From the human T2T-CHM13v2.0 reference genome, Homo sapiens, in NCBI RefSeq assembly GCF_009914755.1, contig NC_060934.1: a stretch of 64,000 nt of DNA. The stretch is one strand, 5' to 3'. Positions 57,476 to 64,000 of this stretch are shown here, piece by piece (the first letter of the stretch is position 1; each line of letters begins with the position of its first letter). The translations under genes were made by a program, and so were the position numbers. The notes under the pieces were generated by a model, which saw only the letters and a program-made list of their open reading frames with translations, was not told the DNA's origin and searched no databases.

Positions 57476-58440
57476 CAAACAAACAACCCATCTCCTTACA
57501 CGAAAATAAAAAACAAACCATCTCTGCCCGGCGTTTTATAGAGTACTGATGAGCATGACTGGGTCCTCCCTGAAAGCCAGGAAATGGGCAGAAATGAGTG
57601 ATCCTTCCACGTTTAACGAAGCTCCTAATTACAGAGCTTGCAAGATTTGAAGGCATACTGTCGGTGTGTAGGAGGCAACACTGTGTCCTTGTGGCATGAT
57701 GAGACATGCCTGGGGGCAGTGGCCGGGTCACCAGGAACACCTCTCAACCTAGGTCCCTTCTGGATGTGAGCTGATATTAACAATGGAGACAGGAGATCAG
57801 AACAGATTGAACAGGGACAAGTCCTCCCTGTTAGAGTCAAAACGGATAACTGTCAAGGTCTCACCCTCAACAAAGACCGATGCTCTTGGAGTTAAATGAG
57901 CTGGAAAAACCAGCAAGCATCCCTCCAACCTGGACTTCACACCAAGCAGGCCTGCAGTGAGGTCAAATAAAAGAAAAAGGAAGCTGTTTGCAGATTTGAC
58001 CACAATCCTTTTATCAGCATTAAAAACAACCATTTTTATTTTATTTTATTTCTTTAAAAATAATGTTTTCCTCTTCCTAAATAATAAAGGAAATCCTTTA
58101 TATAGTCTGGAAAGATTAGCTATTAACTGAAGCACTTTGGAGAGAGACATCTTCGAGGCACACTCCTCTCTTGCTAGAATGAATTCCACATGCTTGATAT
58201 CCAGACCAAAATTCCAGAATCTCAGCCACATTTGGTTGCCTGATTCTCTTTGTTTGGGGGGAAAAATATCTACAAATAATCAGAAAACCACATCTGGAAA
58301 ATTTTGCTCTAACATATTCTAAATACAGGATGAGGATTAAGATGCTGGAAATGTAATTGTTTTATTTTGTTCCCCATATTTTCTACTGTTAGAGGGACTC
58401 TGACTTAACTATCAAGAAAAATACAAGCTTAATGTTTCTT

Positions 58441-58711
58441 TTCCTTCCTTCCTTCCTTTCTTTCTCTCTGTCTCTCTTTCTTTCTCTCCTTCTTTCCTTC
58501 TTTCTTTCTTTTAGACAAGGTCTCACTCTATGCCCAGGCTGGAGTTCAGGGACATAATCTCGGCTCACTGCAGCCTCAACCTGCCCAGGCTCAAGTGATC
58601 CTCCCACCTCAGCCTCCAAAGTAGCTGGGATTACAGGTGTGCCCCACCATCCCCAGCTAATTTTTGTATTTTCTGTAGAGACGGGGTTTTGTCATGTTGC
58701 CCAGGCTGGTT
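58441..58711 (-). mobile_element. 5'-truncated AluJ with a (TTCC/TTTC)n tail, inserted in a MIR
   Basis: Perfect 14-bp TSD gcttaatgtttctt at 58427-58440 and 58712-58725. Confidence 0.92.
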
Positions 58712-58947
58712 GCTTAATGTTTCTTGATGGTTTACCACATGTTGGGCCCCATTAACAGCATCATCTCATTTAATCTGTGCTCAACAATTTAGATTGGTTC
58801 TTGCTATGCCCTGTTTCCACATAAGAAAACTGAGTCTAAACAAGATTAAGCAACTTGCCAGGTCCCCGAGCCGGTGAGTAGCAGAGCTATTGGATTCCAG
58901 AGTCTAAACTCAACTTCCCTGTTGTGCCTGATTCCCGATTAAGATTA

Positions 58948-59143
58948 CAGTTGATCCTTGAACAACATGGGTTTGAACTGCCTGGGTCCACTTATATTGG
59001 ATTTTTTTCAGCCAGAGGCAGATGGGAAATACAGTGTTTGCAGGTTATGAAACCTGCATATACCGAGGGCTGGCATTTTACATACGCGGGTTCCGAAGGG
59101 CTGATTGCGGAACCAATCTACCAAGTACACCAGTGGCCAATTA
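58948..59143. mobile_element. MER8/Tigger2-family (TcMar-Tigger) element with an internal deletion
   Basis: TA|cagttgatccttgaacaacatgggtttgaactg ... ggccaatta|TA. Confidence 0.85.
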
Positions 59144-59276
59144 TATTTGGGTAGCACCAGAGAATATTACATGCGAAGTCCAGATGGAAGCTGCACAGTG
59201 GCCTCCCCACTTACGGGCCTCCGGGTCACCTGTGCCTTCCGCAATGTACAGCTGACACCTGCATTCACCTCCACTA

Positions 59277-59291
59277 TCAACAGATGGCGCT
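59277..59291 (+). promoter_or_regulatory. Candidate CTCF site
   Basis: TCAACAGATGGCGCT in a locally CpG-retaining patch. Confidence 0.5.
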
Positions 59292-62200
59292 TATCAGCGA
59301 GGGATGCACTCTTGCAGGGAGGCCGGGGACGGTCACCACGGTCTGTGGTCAATGTTCAAATGACCAGTTGTCCACGGCCTTCCCTTCGGGATGACTGAAG
59401 TCTCATGCCATGTCCAGCTGGCTGGGAAAGATGCTATTAAAAATCATCAATACATGAGTTCCAGGCCTTGCTTACACAAGTTTCCCGTAAGGATCTGCTC
59501 AAAATTATTTCCTGTCCTTTGTTTCCTATAAACGCAGTTGTGATTTGTAGGAAACTGTTTTTTTTTTTTTTCTAGTTACCTTTAGAAGGACAAGACATTC
59601 AGACACCCAGGTGTGGTGACCAAATTTGAATATGTCTGAGACAGAGGAAGATGAGGAAGGCGATTATGCTGGAACAGCATAACAGTATAATTGATATGTG
59701 TGCATCTGTGCCTGTGAAATACAATGTTTCACTATTTGTTTCCTTTTACATTCCAGTGTTTTTTCATTTCATGGATGGGAACCAGGAGGGAAAAAGCCAG
59801 GCTGCCAACCAGCCATCAAATTCTCACAGCTTACATCACCCTCTTGAGAATCAGCAACCCGCAGCACCACCAGTCAACACTCTGCCTAAGCCCAAGACCA
59901 TATCTAATCCATCCTGATATTCCCTGTGCCAGACAAATGACTGCAGGCAGCAGGCTTGTAATGAGTTGGTCGGGTGAATGAATGCATCCATGCATCCGGA
60001 GAGGGAAGCAGAGCCCAGGGTCCCCACGGCCAAGTCAGCGGGAGTGAGGCTGGAAAGGAGGGCCGCCTCTCAGCCAGGCAGCAGGCTGGGGGCCATCTCG
60101 AGAATTCAGTTACCTTCAGGAGGGACACTCACCATGGGAAACTGGAAGTACTCAGGAGTCTAAGACTAGCTGCTACTTTGCAAACATCAACCAGGAATCA
60201 CATTAAGGATTCACAATCCCAGGGCCAGTAGCCTTGGAGGAGAAAGAGGCTCTCAGTGTGCTCCCCTCAAACGGAGCATCCCCATTCTCTTCTTTCCTAA
60301 ATGTTTCCTAAGCACTGTGGAGAGGAGAGCTGGTCACACACACAAAGATAGGGAAATACATAAAAAGTGGCTTTGCTTTTTTGTTTTGGTTTCTAAGAGA
60401 AGAGTATTATCAACTTGATCAAGAAATAGTTGCTCTGTGACAGACAGGGTACCAAAACCCCTGTCAACAAGCACACTATCCTGAACTCTGGGACACCACT
60501 GGTTGTTTGGGGAACCTCATGGAAGCTGTAAACGTCCAAATCCAAACTGCTAAATGGCTTCCTCCAAAAACCCCCAGGTAATAAATACTGTCCCCTCTGA
60601 GAGCTGACATGTCCAAAGGATTCTCCTAGAAATGGCGTGCAGAGTTCCGGGGGCCTGGATGAATAGGAAAACCCTATCTTTGGGTCCCCTACAAGGGCAC
60701 TGCATGTCGGTGTGCACACAGGGCACTGGGCCCTTGGCTCCAGCTGAACAGCTGGGGACTCCCGAAATCGGCAAAGCCTCTCACAAGGTGGGTGTCCTTG
60801 GGGGTCCAACCACGGGGTCTCAGCAAGGTGCCCATCGCCCCTCACTATGAATGGGGTAGGCAGCAGCAACAGAAGCCTCTGCTTTGTGCTGATTTCTGGC
60901 ACTTAGCCTGAAGCTCCCCTCTTCCTCTCTGTCTTTCCAGGGGCCTTGCAGGGCGATGAAACCCCAGCATGGCTTTTCCTCTTCCCGCCATCCCTCACCC
61001 TGACCATGTTCCTGGGAGTGGGAACATCTCTGGCTCTGACCATGGGGAGGGTGAAAGAGTGGCCCCTGTCTCCCTGCCAAGGCGGGTGTCTCGCCACCAG
61101 AATTTATGTGCCAGCGTTCCTCGTACCAGCTTTTCCCAGGTTACCTCCCTACCCATTACTACCCCATTAGTTGCCATGTGTTTTCCCCTAACTGTCACCA
61201 GCCCACACTGCCTCTTTGTTACCCTGCAGCTCTCAGGCCGGCCCCTCCCCAACAAGGGGCTAAGCTTCAACTTCGAATTGTGAAATATTTCCTCCCTCTC
61301 TCCTGTTCCCCTCCCACCGCCCTCCTTGGGCCCCAGAGCCTTTAGTAAAACAAACCCGCCAAAGGGAATTCTCCGCTGTGTTTGCACAGCACGAGTGGGC
61401 CCCCAAGTTGCCTGGAGCCCCTCATTCTCCATAAACACACTTCCCCTCCTTATTGGTATTCAGTCGATACCTTCCTTTCTAACCCTTCCCTGCTTGGCCT
61501 CCGCGATCGGCCGACAGAAGGGCCTTTGTTGAAGGAGCAGAGGGGTACAAACACCAGGGCCCCAAAGACAACTACGTGGACTTCAAAGGGGGAAATGAGT
61601 CATTGCTCAGCGGGCGATGGCTGGGTGGGGGCAGCCCAGGGGAGAACGGGCTCCTCGGCACCTCTGGTTTTGCCCAGGGATAAACCTCCTGTGTCTCTTT
61701 ACAAATCAGACATCACTTCCAAAGCGATTTGTCGATTTTTATTGTTCCAAATTTGACTCTGAAATGTGGGCCAGAATCTGGGGTCTGGTAAATATTTTGT
61801 TACACAGCTCACTGGAACCACTTTGCTAGAGGGGATGGCTTCCAACACTGAGGCTCAGGCTAGGGGACTTCCAGGCACCCACCAGCTGCCAGTTGCGTGT
61901 GTCTGTGAGCAGATTAACCATCCGAAACACCGCTTGGGTCGGCTTCTTCCCTACTCGCAAGTCCTCCACGGCTCCCTTGTCGGAGGCTCTGCATGTAAAA
62001 GCACCCCGAGGCTATCAGACCCTGGCTCCCGACGACAGCTCCAGCACGCAGTTCTGGCAGATGCGGATTCAGCCCCTCCCTGAACTCTTCCAGGAATGAG
62101 GTGACAAGCACAGCAGCCCACCCTTCAGCAGCCAGCTCGTGTCTAGGAAGCCTGCCTCGTGCAGAACAACATCCACTTCCACCCCTGGACCCAGCTTCTA

Positions 62201-62545
62201 GAACAAATCTGCTTCCTTGTCCTCATGACAGCCCTTCACATAGATTTGAAAATTACTCTCAGGGTTCCTCTACATTTTCTTTTCATCGCACCAAACAGCC
62301 CCAGGCCCCTGGACTCTATCCCATATGAAATGGTTTCCAGATGGCTCCCAGTGTTAGCCACCCTCCTCCAAGCATGTTCAGAGACCTCCACACAAGCACA
62401 CGCGATAAAACAGATCCTGGTTCTGAACACTGTTCTCTGGATATGCTTGAATCAGCACAGACTAGAACAGGACTGCCCTCCCCTGGAGAGGACACATTGC
62501 CTCTATTAATTCAAACTGAGACTATACTCTTTTAGCCACCTTAAT

Positions 62546-62665
62546 GCACTGTATTGCATTGTATTGTATTGCATTGCATTGTATTGTATCGTATCGTATC
62601 GTATCGTATCGTATCGTATTGTATTGTACTGTATTGTATTGTACTGTATTGTATTGTATTGTACT
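62546..62665. repeat. Compound pentanucleotide repeat, 24 units (GTATT/GTATC/GCATT/GTACT), forming an Alu tail
   Basis: Read directly from the sequence; (GTATC)6 at 62586-62615. Confidence 0.96.
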
Positions 62666-62956
62666 AGACAGAGTCTCACTAAGTCATGCAGGTTGAAATG
62701 CAGTGGCATGCTCATGGTTCACTGCATCCCCAAACTCCTGGGCTCAAGCAATCCTCCTGCTTCAGCCCTCCAGCCTCCCAGTAGTTGGGACTACAGGTGT
62801 GTACCACCACACCCAGCGAATTTTTTTGTTTTTATAGAGTAAGGGTCTCACTGATCTCTGGTCCTTGGCTGGTCTCTAACTCCTGGACTCAAGCAATCCT
62901 CCCACGTGGGCCTCCCAAAGTGCTGGGATTACAGGCATGAGACACCATGCCTGGCC
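62666..62956 (-). mobile_element. AluJ
   Basis: J-type 'ctcctgggctcaagcaatcctcc'; TSD-like cttaatgcact/cttaacatact. Confidence 0.9.
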
Positions 62957-63039
62957 TCTTAACATACTCTTGACTTAACCTTAGCTTGAAGTCATCGGCC
63001 CTTTCACAACAAATACTGCCAAACCAGATCTCTCTTCTT

Positions 63040-64000
63040 AAAAAAAAACAAAGTTGGAAGACTCATACCTCCCGATTTCAAAACTTACTACAAAGCTACA
63101 GTAATCAAAAGAATGTGGTACTGGCATAAAGACAGACAAATAGACCAATGGAATAGAATAGACAGCCCAAAAACAAACTCTTGCAAGTATATGTGGACAA
63201 GGGTGTCAAGATCATTTAATGAGGAAAAGACAGTCTCTTCAACAAATGATGCTGGGAAAACTGAATATCCCCATGCAAAAGAATGAAGTTGGACCCTTAT
63301 CTGATACCATATACAAAAATTAATTCAAAATGGATCAAAGACCTAAATGTAAGACCTAAAACTAAAACACCTAAAAGAAAACATAAGGGGAAATCTTCAT
63401 GACATTGGACTTGGCAGTACTTTCTTGGATATGACACCGAAAGCATAGAAAACAAAAGCAAAATAGACAAATGAGACTACATCAAACTTAAAACCATGTT
63501 TGTCAAAGGACACAGTCAAAAGAATGGAAAGGCAACTTATGGAATGGAATAAAATATTTGCAAATCATATCTCTGATAAGGGGTTACTATCTAGAATATA
63601 CAAAGAACTGCTGCAACTTAACAACAAAAAAAATCAAACAACCCAATTAAATAGTAGGCAAAAGACTTGAATAGAAATTTCTCCAAAGATGATACGCAAA
63701 TAACCAACATAACTAATCATGTTGTGCTCAACACAACTAAGATGCGCAAACTAGTCATCAGAGAAATGCAAATCAAAACCATGATGACATATCACCTCAT
63801 TAGGATGGCTACTGTTAAAAAAAAAGAGAAAATAACAAGTGTTGGCAAGGATGTGGAGAAATTGGAATCCTTATGCACTGATGGTGGGAATGTGAAATGG
63901 TACAGCTGCTATGGAAAGCAGTATGACACTTACTCAAAAAATTAAAAATAGAACTGCCATATGATCCAGTCATTCCACTCTGGGTGTATATCCAAAAGAA
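63040..64000 (+). mobile_element. L1MA/MB-type ORF2 3' region, degenerate and running off the window end
   Basis: Translates to [30 protein letters not shown], matching the L1 ORF2 motif PDFKLYYKATVTKTAWYW; disrupted reading frame. Confidence 0.95.

Noticed and set aside
63667-63945. L1 ORF2-like ORFs (also 6901-7182, 51145-51486, 53946-54164)
   Set aside because: Short degenerate remnants of old L1 copies with disrupted frames.

Overview
This is primate, most likely human or ape, non-coding genomic DNA (AluY elements are present). GC looks moderate by eye, CpGs are depleted, and interspersed repeats are dense: about 24 Alu/FLAM elements, about 10 old L1 fragments, more than 25 MIR/L2 fragments (only the clearest are listed), 2 MaLR solo LTRs and several hAT/Tigger DNA transposon fossils. 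I recognise no protein-coding exon, RNA gene or pseudogene. The ORF track consists of Alu-, L1- or low-complexity translations and chance ORFs. I cannot name the locus, and I see no evidence of a new multi-gene biological system. The best leads are: (1) a candidate spliced, polyadenylated minus-strand transcript end at about 21.58-22.37 kb, with a possible promoter/first exon near 40.1 kb; (2) every L1 and LTR I could orient lies on the + strand, as expected inside a minus-strand transcription unit; (3) an old ~430-bp palindromic DNA-transposon-like element at 1.31-1.74 kb that I cannot assign to a family; (4) a ~120-bp inverted repeat in an enhancer-like block at 17.4 kb; and (5) several CTCF and TF-motif clusters and potentially unstable STRs. 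Subfamily calls come from recalled consensus features, and old-repeat boundaries are approximate (about 10-30 bp).
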